A stretch of DNA of 64,000 bases from Psammoneis japonica. Lineage: Eukaryota. Position numbers and translations under genes: made by a program. The notes beneath the pieces were generated by a model. It did not search any database. It saw only the letters and a program-made list of their open reading frames with translations, and had not been told where the DNA came from. The stretch is from positions 372,001-436,000 of the forward strand of contig QPGO01000053.1 of assembly GCA_008632985.1 (NCBI GenBank). Reading direction: 5' to 3'. Numbering within the stretch: position 1 is the first letter of the stretch; each line of letters begins with the position of its first letter. Positions 47,775 through 62,096 of the stretch are shown one piece after another.

Positions 47775-49461
47775 TCTGAGCCTTGCATGGTCTCAAGTTG
47801 TCAGGTGCACGATTTTGAGAACATGTGGCAGGTGGCAGCCACTTTGCATGATGCTGGTTTTGAGTCATGCAAGGCTGATCTAGATGTCTGGATGAGGGCT
47901 GCAGTTGAGCTGGATGGCTTCAAGCACTGGAAACATGCACTTGTCCATGCAGATGATTTGTTGTGCATCTCCCATGAACCCCAAAAGGTTGTGGATTACA
48001 TGAGCTCTGGGTGCACATTGAAGGGCGGAAGTGTCTGCAAACTGGAAGAGTGTCTGGGCACCCAGATCAGAAAGTGCCAGTTGTCTGATGTGGATGGCAA
48101 GACACACTGGACCATGTCCTCTGACTTGCATGTTAAAAGGGCACTGGTTGATGTTGAGCTGGAGCTCAAGAGGACAGACAGGCACCTTCCAACAAAAGCA
48201 TCAACATCCTTGAGCTTGGGACACAGGCATGAACTGGATGGCTGACCAGAGTTGAGTGCCAAAGTGGCCAACTGCTGCCAAGGCCTTGTTGGTGTGCTCC
48301 GATGGACAGTTGAACTTGGATGAGTTGACATCTTTGTTGCCATCTCACTCATGTCCTCCTGCCTTGCAGCACCACAAGTTGGACACCTGGATGAGGCACT
48401 CCATGTCTTTGCATGCTTGAAGGCTTGCTCCAAGTCTTTGCCAGTGTTCTGCTTTTGACAAGAGTTGGTTTGCCAAGTGCAACTGGGAAGAACATTGCCC
48501 TGGCATGGCTGAACCACTGCCACTGAACATGCCAGAGACATGTGGGAATGGGGCAGTCACTGTTTTGTCAACACGGATCATGCCGCATGCCATGTGATGC
48601 GCAGGTCTTGCACCGGGATCTTGACATTCATCCAGCAAGTGCCCATCTTGCACTGCTCCAAATGGCTTGACACCACAGAGTCCTCTGCTTTTGGGTCCAA
48701 GTTCATTGCAATGAAGACTTTGGTGGAGCAGATTGAAGCTTTGTGGAACAAGCTTCGGATGCTTGGAATCCCCATGAATGGGGCCACTGACATCTTTTGT
48801 GACAATGAAGCTGTCTTCAAGAACTCAACCAGGCTGGAGTCCACATTGAAGAAAAAGCATGATGCAATTGCCTGTCACAGGACTCTTGAGGCACAAGCCG
48901 CAGGAATTTTGTGCATTGCTTGGGAAGACAGATGCACAAATCTTGCGGATGTGCTGACCAAGTTGTCACCTGGACTGAAGCTCTGGGAGATCACATCACA
49001 AGTCATGTTTTGTGGTGAATCCCAAAATGGGACAAACTGAATGGATTCACCACTTGGGTGTGGTTTTCCCTCCCCCAAAATTAAAACATCACCCTGGAAC
49101 AGGGCAGCATCAGGTTGCATTTGTCTGTAAATCTGGCTCAAGCAGAGCCAGCGTCAGTTCAAGTGGACTGAACAAATTCTGACACACTGCCACGGATGTG
49201 GGCAGTTGTTTGCCATTGATGATTGGCCTGCTGTTGCTCATTTGGTGGCCCCAGCAGCACAATCTCTCACAACTCTAGAACCTGTTGATGCTGTTCAACA
49301 CTCTGTCTTGTCTGTCACCCAATTCTGGCTGTCATGATAGCATTCATTCATGGTTTTGATGACTTTGAAATGGTGGAACACTTGAGGGTTGCGCGCTGGA
49401 GTTTTTGACCCCCAGACCCATTTCAGTGCATGCCCACATGTCTGTGGAATGTGCCAAAATG
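47775..49461 (+). mobile_element. Copia RT-RNase H 3' remnant plus ~420-bp tail, duplicated at 62298-63983
   Basis: ALHGLK, HALVHADDLLCISH, FVNTDHA..RRSCTG..ESSAFGSKF..FCDNEAV..LKKKH..NLADVLTK. Confidence 0.85.
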
Positions 49462-49969
49462 GTGGTGTTTGTTCACTTTGTCAGAGCCAGTGCACCATGA
49501 CATTCAGATGCCTGGAACGGGCATTGTCAATGGCACAATGGCATCATTGCAATTGATTGATTTTTGTGGCAAGCACCATGGTGGTCCCATGGTTGCCCGT
49601 GCAATTGCTGAGTTCTTTGCACACACACACACATTCATGCACATGAACCAAATGCTCTTGTGGGCCAGAGCAGTGATCCGTTAAGATGTGTCATTTGGGT
49701 GCGGTGTGTTTGATCACAGGAATGTGCCATGTCAGCCAAGCGTGCACACATTCGAGCAGCAGCACAATGACAAATGTCGTTGGATGCATTGCACCACTGA
49801 GAGACAGATGTCTGGATGCATTGATTGTTGGTTTTGCATCAAACAGTGCAAACAATGATGCCAAATGGTGACCTGGCACACTCATGGGTTCGCCAGCGGT
49901 GTTTGCCAAAGCAAATTGTGCACCACACCCACATTTTCCCTCACAAAACTGTTTGTTTGCGCACCAAAA

Positions 49970-52900
49970 TGCAAAACAGCATTCTGATGCACCATGGCCG
50001 CTGCTGCAGCCTTTGCAGCCACTCTTCCACTCTGTGGATGCAACAACCAGATGCGGAAGTGCATCGCCCATCAAGGATTTGCCACTGTTGATGACCTGGA
50101 ACAAACCCCGCTGACTGAAGTCAGTGACATGTTAAAGGATGTTGTGAAAGCAGCTGATCCTGCTGTCAATCCCCAAGTGCACTTCCCCTGCCCAGCAAAT
50201 TGCAAGCTCAAGGCTCTGCAAGCATGGGCCAGCTGCAGGAGAGACCAGAATCAAGAACCTGCGCCAGCCATCATTGACAGGGATGTCATCACCAAGTGAA
50301 CGGTGCACCTTGTGGAACTGGAGCAGCTCAAGTTGGTGGACTTGGATGATGATGCCAGTGTCACTGTGGAGCTCAAGCATCTGTGTGATTGGCCAACCTT
50401 CCAGGAGCTGTCAGAGACTGAGCTGTGGCACCACCAAAATGCTGCAATGGGCATTCCCCTTGTCCACCTCACTGGGGAACATGAAGCCATCACCGCTGAC
50501 ATGTTGGATGCTGCCTGCTCTTCAATTGACAAAGACACTCTGGTGGAAAATGCCAAGAATCGTGGTTCTGACCAGTGTGCCATTGCCTGCCTTGGTCAGA
50601 AGAACAACCAACACGGAAAGGAGGGAGGCAAGGCTGGAATTGAGAAGGACAAACCTGGGATTGGGGTTGGTCACTGTTCTCCTGATGACTGGAAGGCTCC
50701 AGGCCAGGAAGGCCAGGAGGAGGTCAACAAGTCACACAAGGAGTGCAAGGCCGAGTGCAAGCACAAGGCTGACTCTGTCTCAACGGATGACAGCAAGGAG
50801 CAGGAGACTTGCTCCTTGAAGAAAGTGGCCATCGTTGACCCCAAGGTGGATGAGCCTGCCACTGATGAAGCACCAAATGACTCTGATGAGTCTGAAAAGA
50901 AGCCTGCTGTGGATGCCAGCAACCAATTTGGGTGCAATGCTCACAAGAAGAAACCCTCCAAGGAGGAATGAATGGTTGCACCAGCACCAAATGGTCTGGA
51001 ATCATTTTGTTCTAGACCTGCTGGTGCCATGCATTCATCTGGGTGATTCCCAAAAGATGCCCATTGCTCATTGGCATTGGCTTGCAAGTCTGACACTGTG
51101 GCAACAAACAACTTGGACTCGTGCACTGACACTTGTGCTGTGGGTTCCAACTTTGTCATGTTCTTCAGTGCTGATTGCACTGCAGCTGTGCACTCATGCT
51201 CCAATGAGTGTGGACCCTTGCAAGACATGCCTGTTTGCACGGGGGCTGCCGCACCTCACAGTGACACAAAGGGAGATGGGCCACATGGCAGATGTGACCC
51301 AGACGTTCACCTGGACTGTGATGAATGCAAGTGCTTGCATGTGTTGTCAACCTTGGGCAGTGCTTCAACCATCACTTCCAAGATTCCATCTAAAAGGCAG
51401 AACATTGGCCCAAAATGGCTGCAAAGAACACACCCTGAAGGTTGTGACCCAGGCCGGGGTCCAAAATGTTTGCACCCCATCCAAATGAAGGGTTTGGAAG
51501 AAAGCCCTTTGGCTGAAGTTCCCTGCTGCAAAGGGATGCTTCTGCTCTGACCAGTTGTTTTCAAAGACCAAATCAACACATGGCAAGATGGGGGGTGGCA
51601 TTTTTACCAACAGGAGAGGGCATGATGAATTCTGTCCTTGGAAAAAGAAGCAGGACCATCCTGAAGCTGCTGCAATGTCTTTCATCCATGAAGCTGGTGT
51701 TTCACAGACTCTTGTGTCGGACGGCACACCAAAAATGGCAGAAGGCCAAACCAAGGAGATCTGCAAGGAGCGTGGGATGCACCAGGAGGTGTCCACACCA
51801 TGCAGCCCCTGGCAGAACCTGTCCAAGGCATCCACTCTTGAGTTGAAGAAAAGAGTCAGGGTGACTCTGTGCCAGACTGGTGTGCCACGATGACTGCAGT
51901 CTTGTTGTGCTCAATTTCTGGCACTTTGCAGCTTCAAGCACATCTGACATGGGAGGACATGTCCGGGAGGAGGAGATCTCAGGCTCAACACCTGATGTCT
52001 CAGCTCTCTCACTTTTTGATTGGTGTCAACCTGTGTGCTGTTGTGTGTGCCTGTGGAGGAATTCCCACACAAGAAGAAATGTGCAGCTTGGAGCAGCCCA
52101 CAAATTTGCCAACAATGTGGCATTCATCATGCTGCCCAAATTGGGCAGACCCATCATCCGAAAGGATGCATGGGCAACACCGGATGATGATCTTAAGACT
52201 CTGGCTGTTGAGATGAATTTGTCCTCAGTCAATCAGGCTTTGATCAAATGCCTTGGCACCCCAGATGGGAATGCAAAGGTTGACTTCCCTGAACTCCCGG
52301 ATGATTTTGTGGACTGCAAATGGGGCGATGCAATGGATCCTGTGAACCAGATTTAGTTGGGCAAGAGGCTCATGTGAGCATGCCCCGGAGGGGTTAGATG
52401 AGTGCCTCACAGCCCAAATCATGTTGCCATGTGGTGGTGAATTGACCCATGCTGGGGTCATCGCATGCAAGCAAGATGGTGATGGGGCTCCCACAGGTGC
52501 CAGGAATGACAATCCTGTCCTGGACTCTGGACGGATCCATGGACTCCTGCACTGCTGACGCAACTGCAGAGAATGCATTTGCACAAATGGACACTGAAGG
52601 CAATGCCTGTCAGATCCTGAAAGAGATGGTTGGTCACTGAAATGCTGATGACAGGTGCACAACACTGGCAGGCGTGTGCCCAGAATGACCACCATGGGGT
52701 GGAATCTGCAGGTCAAGTGGAAGAACAGAACTGTGTCCTGGGTTCCTCTCCAGGATTTGAAGGAATCAAACCTGGTTGAGGTTGCCAAGCACGCTGTGGC
52801 AAACAAAGCAGCCATTGAACCAGCATTTAACTGGTGGGTCCAAGACGTGTTACGTTGCAGGGCCAGGATCCTAAAGAAGGTCAAGTCGCGTTGCTGGAAA

Positions 52901-53150
52901 CGTGTGCACAAGTTCGGAATTGAATTCTTGAAGACTGTTGAGGAAGCCACAGAGAAGACAACAGAACGGGGACCAACTTTTGGTTTGAGGCCATAAGAAA
53001 GGAAATGTGGAACGTCATGCCTGTGCTCAAGTTCCGTGACGATGACACTGTCCTGGTCGGGCACAAGCATGTTGATTGTCACATGGTCTTTGATGTCAAG
53101 AGCACCTTCCAATGCAAAGCAAGGTTTGTGGCCGGAGGCCATCAAACCAA
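49970..53150 (+). mobile_element. Copia (CoDi-like) gag-PR-IN and start of RT, heavily degenerate
   Basis: Protease LDSCTDTCAVGSNF, integrase (LVSDG..TPCSPWQN), TTMGWNLQVKWK..SWVPLQDLKESN..EPAFNWWV and CHMVFDVK..KARFVAGGH. Confidence 0.85.
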
Positions 53151-54953
53151 TCACAATGTCACAATGCACACTGCATGCAAGTGGCAGCGCCATCATCGAC
53201 CATGATGCCGTCGTCTTTCCTTTGAGCTAGGGCCCCACCCAAGAGAGATTGAATCGACTGGACGGTGCTGCAAAGTATGTAATTTGCATTGTTTTCGCTT
53301 TCGAGCTTGCTGTTACAGCACTGCGTATGCGCTCCGAAATTGTGTGTTTTTTGATGCCGGGCAGTTTGGTGCATTCAAATTTGAGTCGGTTTTTGTGCAA
53401 GCACGTGAGATTGCATCTCCGTTTCCTTTTTTTTCAACCAACAATCTCACCCGCACGTTTCTGTGATAGATTTGTTCTCTTTAGGACAATGCTGTGGGCT
53501 AAACAACCCACGATGATGCCAAAAAAGTAGATGGAAACCATTGCTCGTGGATTGCGCTGCTCTGGAATTCCTACAACAATTTTACGGGTGATTAGTAGTA
53601 ACACTACTTGGGCAATAATATCATGGAAGCGATCACTTTGTGTTGGCCTCGTGTTGGGGATAAAATTTTGAGAGTTTGGGGCTTGCGACATTTGATGCAA
53701 GAAATTTTTAAGGAGAAAGCACCGCACTCTTATAAGAGGAGATTCGCCCCGTATTTGAAAAAGTTTTGTCAAGATCCCATGGAAAGTTAGGTCACTGATG
53801 ATGCCAAACTGACTTTTTTTAAAATTGACTGTAGCTGTGTTATTACTGCTACGAAAAACCGGCGCAACAGACGGAGAAGAATTGGCAACTCAACGATTTG
53901 CTCGATGCCAGTCAAGTTGTCGTTTTTGTTTGCTCGCGCCAAGAAATTTAATCGCTTGTTGGCTGCGCAGCATTTGCATCCATGCCGATCTATTCCAGAA
54001 CAAGAAGTGCACCTCGAAATGCAAAAGAGTGCTGCTAGATTGAAGAGCTGGCGGGAATGGGGATGGGTAACGTAGGAGTGCTGGGAATGATTAGGGTGGT
54101 AGTGCCGGGATATTGAATTGGGTATTAGTAAAAGCCGGCAACTGGATTGAATTGACATACAAGTGGATACAAGGCAAAGAAACATGGTAGTAGCAGTGCA
54201 TGTATGTATGGGAAGCTACACTAGAGAAACAAGTATCAAGAACATAGAGAGACGGGGACGGGCAGTTTTTAAAGTAAAAGGTGACAAAGAAACGTAGGCT
54301 CTGCCTGCAAAGTGGACCCCCACTTTACACATTCAAGGGTAGGCGAATCTCATCAAGCTCTGCAAGGTAGAACACTGTATTTAAAATGTTACACAAACCA
54401 TTCCTAGAGTCGCTACGACGACATTCAAAAACCGTTCGACGCCGCGTGCCGATACCCCCGGCTGGACCATACGCGATTGCTACAAAAAGGTGTAATACCG
54501 GCTGGACCACACGATTGGTACATATATGCCAAGTCGCGTCTCTACGGAAAAATCCGACGTCTATCAAAGCATTCTGATCCAACGTAGAGGAAATTCTGGG
54601 TTGCTTCCCTGTGTGCTAAGAATATTTTGAGAAAGCTCGTGGTGAGCGTGTCGATCAGATGGAAAGAACTTCAGCTATCTTCCAATGTAAAAAACGGTAT
54701 CGCCGTCAAAAACAACTTTCCCATCCTATCCTAGACCCTGCTTTTTTCAATCAGCACACTTCTGTAGGAGGACTTGACGCCTCCGCTCCTTTCTGCAAAC
54801 AAAGTAGGCGACACATTCGTTGATCGACCGTGAACGCCGACAGGATCTATGTGGTCTTCCCCATTCCCCGCCGTCGAGAATATGATTCCTTAGCATTTAC
54901 TACCTGAGACTGATAAAAAAAGCTAGACCCCATATATGTGAGAAAATAAGAAA

Positions 54954-57479
54954 TCAGTCGTCACTTATTCTTACAACAGCATCTAGAGCATCCGACAAGT
55001 ATTTGGTGCGGTGTTTCCGACCAGATTTCATGGATGCGTCCTTTGCCGCCAGTTCGTCCCACTCCCAAAACGGCACTGACACAAGAAGGTAGTCCTCTAG
55101 TTTTGAAAGCTGGCGATGCTTGAGTATTGTGGATCCCGTCGGTGAACGATCAGCAAGAAAATGACTCGGTCCATCAACCTCGATGCCAACAAGTTTCTGG
55201 TCGTACTTCACAACTGCATCCAGGCTATATCCGATAGCAGTAATGACCTCTTCCTCTGGCAGGAGTCCCAGTTCAGAGAGCGTATCAGCGACATCCTTCT
55301 GAAGCTTGGATGGTTTCCCTTGCTCTTGCACAAACGCATTGCGACACTCATGGCATAAAGCTACATCGAATCGCGAGGGCATGTCGTGCTCTCGAAGCCA
55401 CAACACAACTTGATGGAGTTGGAGCATTCCATGACGGGAAAACAATGAAGCTTTTGAATTACAGATCTCGGCGTATTTGGCACCGAGTAAATCATCTGTA
55501 CAGTGGTCGCAAACCGCGTACGCCCAAACCATATTCGCAATCTCTTGAGGTTTGAACTTTTCCAGTTTCCGCATTGACACTTTGGCAATGGCATCAAAAA
55601 GCAACGGAGACGAGTGCCCAACGGTGGCACATGCCCAAACCGCATTGGCAAGGTTTTGCGGGTGGAACTTTTCAAGTTTCCGCATTGACACTTCGGCAAT
55701 GGCATCAAAAAGCAATTGAGATGAATGTCCAACGGTGGCAAATGCCCAAACCGTATTTGCAATATCTTGAGGCTTGAACTGTTCCAGTTTCCGCATTGAC
55801 ACTTTGGCAACGGCATCAAAAAGCAATGGAGACGAATGTCCAACGGTGGCAAATGCCCAAACCGCACTGGCAAGGGCTTGAGGCTTAAACTTTTCCAATT
55901 TCCGCATTGACACTTCGGCAATGGCATCAAAAAGCAACGGAGACGAGTGTCCAACGGTGGCAAATGCCCACACCATATTTGCAAGGCCTTGCGGGTTAAA
56001 CTTTTCCAGCACCCGCATTGACACTTTGGCAATGGCATCAAAAAGCAACGGAGACGAATGTCCAATGGTGGCACATGCCCAAACCGTATTTGCAATCTCT
56101 TGAGGCTTGAACTGTTCCAGTTTCTGCATTGACACTTTGGCAATGGCATTAAAAAGCAACGGAGACGAGTGTCCAACGGTGGCAAACCCCCAAACCACAT
56201 TCGCAAGGGCTTGCGGGTTAAACTTTTCCAATTTCCGCATGGACACTTCGGCAATGGCATCGAAAAGCAATGGAGACAAGTGTCCAACAGAGGCAAATGC
56301 CCACACCACATTTGCAAGGTCTTGCGGGTTGAACTTTTCCAGCATCCGCATTGACACTTCGGCAATGGCATCAAAAAGCAACGGAGACGAATGTCCAACG
56401 GTGGCAAATGCCCAGACCGCATTCTCAAGGTTTTGCGGGTTGAACTTTTCCAGTGTCTGCATTGACACTTGGGCAATGGCATCAAAAAGCAACGGAGACG
56501 AATGTCCAACGGTGGCAAATGCCCAAACCGCATTGGCAAGGGCTTGAGGCTTAAACCTTTCCAATTTCCGTGTGGACACTTCGGCAATGGCATCAAAAAG
56601 CAATGGAGACAAGTGTCCATCAGAGGCAAAAGCCCACACCACATTGCAAGGGCCTGGGGTGTGAACTCATCAAGTTTGGAAATTGATGCTTCAGCAATGG
56701 CATAAAAAGAAAAGGCGATGAGTGTCCAACGGTGGCATGTGCCCAGACCGCATTGGCAAGGCTTTGCGGACTGAAGAGGCTCATCTTTGGAACTGATGCC
56801 ATGGCGAGTTCATCGAAAAGCTGGGTTGAGGATTGTCCAGACTTTGCAAATGCCCACATGGTCATGGACAAACCCCTTGGAGAGAGACTGCCTTTTGCTG
56901 CATGCACTCGCCCTCCCAATTCATCCCAAATGGCTGTCCCAAACTTCAGCCTGCTCACGCTGGACATTTTTGCTAGAGAATGTGCAATCGAACCAACCGA
57001 GTCAGAAGCATCACAGTCCATCACTTTCATGGCACCTTGCAGCATGCGCTGCATCTCTTTTCCGCAGCTTGGCAGATTCACTCACTCAGTTCATTCCTTG
57101 GTGCGATTGCTGCAATGCGGTTCCAACAAAACGAAATGTCCTTTGGGCTCATTTTGTCGCTGTTCTTCTGGTGAATGTCAAGAACTCCAGAAACTCTTTT
57201 GATGTTTCTTGGGTTGGGTGATCTCCAATTTCGGTTGGCATTGCATTGCTTTTGTTCTGTTTGAGGCCCTCTTGCCCCTCTTGCATCACGCCTCATGGAA
57301 CGATTTCCATCACTCCTCCTGCCACCATCTTCACTTTGTTGGGTCATCATGAAATAAGGCGACGCATTTTCCCTCCAAAACGCCAAACAACTCGACTGAC
57401 AAACATGTCGATGAATCGGCACGCACCCAACAACACTGCACAGCGCCAACAGCAGCAACAGCTTTCTCATCCCAAACAT
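54954..57479 (-). pseudogene. RAP-domain protein with 37-aa helical (OPR/FASTK-like) repeats; frameshifted and partly hypermutated
   Basis: C-terminal RAP domain (SKLQKDV..GYSLD..IEVDGPSHF..TILKHRQL..VSVPFWEW). About 11 FxPQxLANxVWAFATVG repeats. N-terminal targeting-like sequence. Frameshifts near 56645, 56703 and 57080, which may be assembly errors. Confidence 0.8.
55530..56780 (-). repeat. 111-bp coding tandem repeat (about 11 units)
   Basis: aaaagcaa(c/t)ggagac-type anchor recurs every 111 bp (e.g. 55930, 56041, 56152, 56263, 56374). Confidence 0.92.
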
Positions 57480-58599
57480 GTGCCACGATCTTTGAAGTCT
57501 GCAAAAGCCATTGAGTCAAATTCTCTCATTTCTCTCTTGCAACACAATGATTGAGAATGGCAGCTTCAGCTTGTCAACCGCATCACTCAATGCAGTTTTT
57601 GATGTGCCTTGCATCGTTGTGGGTCGATTTCTCAACACAGAACTGGAACACCGAGCGATCGATCGATCAAGCAAAAGGTGATGGTGGTCTGTGCCTCTGC
57701 CGGTGCCCTGCGCAAGTGGGGGGTTGTTCGACGCCGGTTGCATCGCAGGTCTCCTGGTGAGTGGAAGCAGTGTGCAAGACTGCAAGCGCCAAGCAGAGCC
57801 GCAGCAGGCTTCAATTTCCGGTTTCTGTGAGCCTTGTTGCCAAGCTCATCCAACTGGACTTTGCTGGTCACAACAGGGATGAGTTGACTCTCAAGGTGTC
57901 AACCTGCCCAAGCTGAGCAAATTGCTTGTGGGGCCTGGCCTCTACATGCTGACAAATTCACAGCAGAGAAAGAGCCCTCGTCACCTGCAGATGCCAGGGC
58001 CCTGGAGGGGCTTGATGATGCAAAGGTTGCAACCACTGTTTGAATGATGCAACAGCCCAATGATGATGGGCTGCACACTGTGCTCTCAGCAGCTTTTGGC
58101 TCCAGAGCCAAGCCACGTTGCACGCCCCAGTGCTGTTGTTTGTAATGCAGACAGTGGTGTTGGAGGCAGTGAAGGGTGCAGGCCATTGGCATTGAGACTT
58201 GCCAAAGTTGACATGTGCTCCCATTGTGCTGGGGATTGCAGAGACACCCACACACCAGTCTCCAGCACCTGCGCACATTGCAGTGCCCAGGACAACAGAA
58301 AACACCGTGCACAACGGGCAGCGCAACAACAGGCTCAACACATCCTGTGGGAGTGACTGAGTGAGTGATTGCACAGTGTCAAAATGCAGTGCATTTGGGA
58401 CAACATTGCACTGCCAGCCAACTCAAAAAAAACAGATCTGCATTTAAAGTGCTGTCACTCCCTTGCCAGCTGAGCCGGCACCGGCAGACCCACACTTCCA
58501 CTGCACCGTCAAGTGCGGCAGAAGCTTGCTTGGATCAGCCAGAATGTGGGTGCCACCAAGAGCCAACACCCCTCCAAATTGAGTGAGTGCTGCAAAGTG

Positions 58600-61500
58600 C
58601 TTCATGCTTTGCCTTCTTGAGGCCGCTGTCTTTCAGGCATGGTCTGTGAAGCAGAGTGGGACATGTGGTCATCGACTGAATCTAAGAGCACGTCCCTGTC
58701 TTTGGCAAGATGTTCCTGTTGTTTGTTTCACACAGCCGCAAGTTCAGCTTCCACCTGTTGGTGCTGAGATGATTGCCTCGACTCTGCATCATGGCCGTGA
58801 ACCTCTCAATTGTGTTCTTCCCAAAGTTCCCACCAGAGCTTCCAAATGAAAGTTCCTGTCTGCACTCCCCAAACCAGAGGCAGACGATTTTCCCTGTGAC
58901 ACTTCTCCAGCAGGCCCGTCTTGCAAAGGTGCATCTCCTGAGAAACATTTCAAAGGGTGGAACACCTGCTGACAAACACTTGTCACTGTCCTGTTTCTGA
59001 TGGGGCTCTCCACAGCACTCGCAACATTGGGGCAGCATCTGACTCGTGCATCATCTCACCTCGGAACCATGCTTCAATGGATGTCAACAACAAATCTCAA
59101 AGAGGTGGCATTGTGTCAATTTTGTCACAGTGTTTGCACAGACCTTGTGAGAATTTACAACGCCAGGCCTCATTCTCTGGACAATGTAGAATGTCGTGAT
59201 TGCGATCTTCCATTGGGCTTTTGCATGCAAGACAATGATGTGGCCACACTGGATTGCATTGATGAGTGATTTTGTTTGCAGGAAGAAGTTCATCGATGAG
59301 TTTGACAGTGGACAAGTGTTTCTTGGAGTGCTGTTGGACAAGTGTTGCATGAACATTCAAGTCAATCTTCTCCATGGTCGATTCATCCCAGTCGTTCCGT
59401 TCCCAAACACATGCAAGGAGAGCGGGAGCTGTGGTGGCGTGTCGAACAGTGGATTTCAGTCCTGCAGCAACAGTTCCATCTGCAAGGCTCAGGTGCAATT
59501 GGCAGCAGGGAAATGGGATCACCACCTTTGTGTCAGATTCATGTTGACCTTGATGCCATCCTGCCAATTTGTCAGCATGCACATTTGCTTGAGTGTCAAG
59601 TGGGAGAGTTTCAACTGGAGAGTGTCTGTCCTGGTGCCCTTTCACCCACTCGATTGGCGGAGCCTGACCTGGGGAGGAGGAGTTGAGAACTTGTTTGGTG
59701 GCTGTGAGCATTTGATGTGTTTCATTGATGATGTCCCAGTTGGATGACAGTGCATTGGCATTGTGCTGACACAAATGAAAATCTCTGTCAGACCACTCTT
59801 GTGCCGAAGGGTCAATTGAAGGGCAAGCATGAGACAGTCTGGAAAGCACCCAAACCAAGGCCTTGTTGTCACACCAGTTGTCAACCCCTTCATGCAATGG
59901 CATCTTGCAGAACTCAAGCAGACAAAAAACAAACCATGCAAGGGACAAGAAACCATGAGCCTTGGTGCGATGAGATGACGGCATTTGACCAAATGCCAGA
60001 CCAGCGCAGTCCACCAAGGTCTGCCCTTGAATGTGACAGTCCATCCAAAGGTTGCATTCTGATGAACAACTGAACTGTTGCTGCCTGTCACAAGGTGACA
60101 TGATGCAAAATGATCCACCATTTCTTAGAGAGAGGTGTGAAATTTGATGGCAGAGAAGAGAGTTGACTCCCAGGAAGGCAAGGCATGCAGGCAGTCTGCA
60201 AAAAGGTCAGGCAAGGGAGTGCTTGTTTCCACCAAGAGTTTTGGGCAATGAGGCACATGTTTCCATCGTTGATCATGGGTGGTGACCATCTTGTCTGGGA
60301 ATGATGAGTCAAAGGGGGAGGGAACAGTCTTGGTCTGATGCAGCAACATCGTTGCTGTGTCCTGGACCAAAAACACATCAAAATGGTTGGAGATCAAATG
60401 TGCAAGTGCGATTCTTCTGGAGACCAGCATGCAGAGGATTGCATCCTCATCTTAGAAGGGGGAGCCAGCCAGTCACCCAAGGGAGCCTTCAGGCAAACTG
60501 AGTCTTGACAACACAACAACCCACACAAACGCATCCAGGGACCCCATGCCCGATGGCAAGACTTGGTCTGTTGTGCATTGTTGAGAGCGCTGACACTGCT
60601 GAGGTGCACAGGATCACCATGGGCTTTGGACTGTCAAGGAAGCACCCATTGGCCAGAGTGACATCCGAGATGGTGAGGACCTGAAGATGCAAGTGGCAAC
60701 AGCCAATCCACCTGATCTCTCGAGAAGAAAATTCTTGCGACTCCAGGGCAATGTCCATTGAAAACTGATCATTGACTCATTGCAGAAGGAGGACTCCATC
60801 TTGGGTCAATGCAGTGCTGCCTCCGACACAATGCAGAAAGGACCAAACTGACAAAAACCACAGTGACTTGCCACATGGATGGGGAGTGCTGATGTCTCTG
60901 AGGAAGCCAACCCCCGCGCACCCCAGGAGAAGCTGATTCCATGCAATGGCAATGTGCACTGCTGCGTGTGGTTGATCATCCTGCATGAGATGCTGTGCTC
61001 CATGGGAGTGTTTTAGAAGCTGTTGCATTTGAGCCACACCCTGCTCAACATCAAGAGATTTAAATCCTCCACCACCAAGAGATTGCGGGCCACACAGGAT
61101 CAGATGCTTGGTGTTTCAATTGCAGCCACATTTGGCAAAGACAACTTGCATCACACGTTGCTGAATCTACAACAACACTTTGGAGGCAAAGTGAGAACTG
61201 GTGAGAACAAAAGACATCGATGGCAGATGTCACGAGTGACAGTGTTGCCATGATTTGGTGCGATTGAGTGGCACAGCCCTGATGAACAACACTTTTCCAT
61301 CACTCTTGGTTTGGAGAACTTGTTGCTGTTTCTTTAAAGTCCCTGCCGGGGAAGGGTGATGTCCCAGAGTTTTGTGGGGAGCACAGGCAGACAACTGTTT
61401 GCTGCATCTAGATGCAGATTGAATGGATGGAGACTTGGTTCACCAAATTCAGAGAAATCTCACTCAATGGCTGGTGTGAAAGGAGCACTTGGGAAGTTCT

Positions 61501-62050
61501 AATTTGTGCCCACTTGTGTGGAGCAAATTGCACCAGGTCTTCTGCAGAAGGTCGAGGCAATGCCCGGAAGTCATTTGCTTGTTTTGACGTGTTGTTGACA
61601 TGTCCTTGAGTGCAGATGTTGAGCTGATGGGACCTGTCTGGTGATTCAAAAAGCACTCCATTGGCCTTGAAGTCAAAGATGTCAAACAGAAGACTGCAGA
61701 GGTCACTCCAGCAAAGCAGGGAATTGCCGCTGCCTTGGCCAGTGCCATGGATGGGGTGGTCTGTGCCATGAGAACACGAGACTCCATGGAGAGGCCCAAC
61801 AAGGTCAGCAGCCAATGCCAAGCAAGATGGACAGTGGAAATCGCACTGTCGCCACAGCCGAAGGTTTGTTCCACACCCAAACCAACTGACATGATCACCA
61901 TGAGAACTGGGAGATTCCTGTCATGGCACAAGGTGCAGTCATCATTGCTTGTGATTGACATCTTGTCAGAAGTCCTTGAGATCTCCAACATGAGAACTTC
62001 CAGGAATGCGGGAGTCTGAGCACACAAAAAGGCCCATGTGCTGCATGTGC
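58600..62050 (-). mobile_element. Non-LTR retrotransposon (LINE with RT and RNase H), degenerate
   Basis: NDDCTLCHDR (DxxxCYDR), HGTGQGSGNS (YGxGQGS), GHVNNT (YVDD), RNase H WVKGHQD..NVHADKLA, zinc knuckle CLACK..DILHC and C-terminal WELWEEHN*EVHG. Confidence 0.85.
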
Positions 62051-62096
62051 CTGGGTCAAACAGCCGATGTTGTTCCATGTGTTGCGTTGGGGCCCT

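Larger units (their letters stand above)
41625..53220. other. TpA-depleted (hypermutated) transposon block 3
   Basis: TA and CG are both rare. Begins right after the LTR ending at 41620 and ends near 53225. Confidence 0.9.

Noticed and set aside
49040..49461. Tail after the Copia RNase H as an LTR or Helitron fragment
   Set aside because: No PPT or LTR termini, no matching 5' copy and no convincing helicase motifs.
41625..53220. Classical RIP or CpG decay alone
   Set aside because: C>T changes explain the CpG loss but cannot remove TpA; RIP would increase it.
53230..54950. Possible gene or pseudogene in the TA-normal island
   Set aside because: Only short interrupted frames, and no family could be recognised.
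55530..56780. Regular repeats as a CRISPR array
   Set aside because: The units are contiguous 111-bp in-frame coding repeats with no unique spacers, and the context is eukaryotic.
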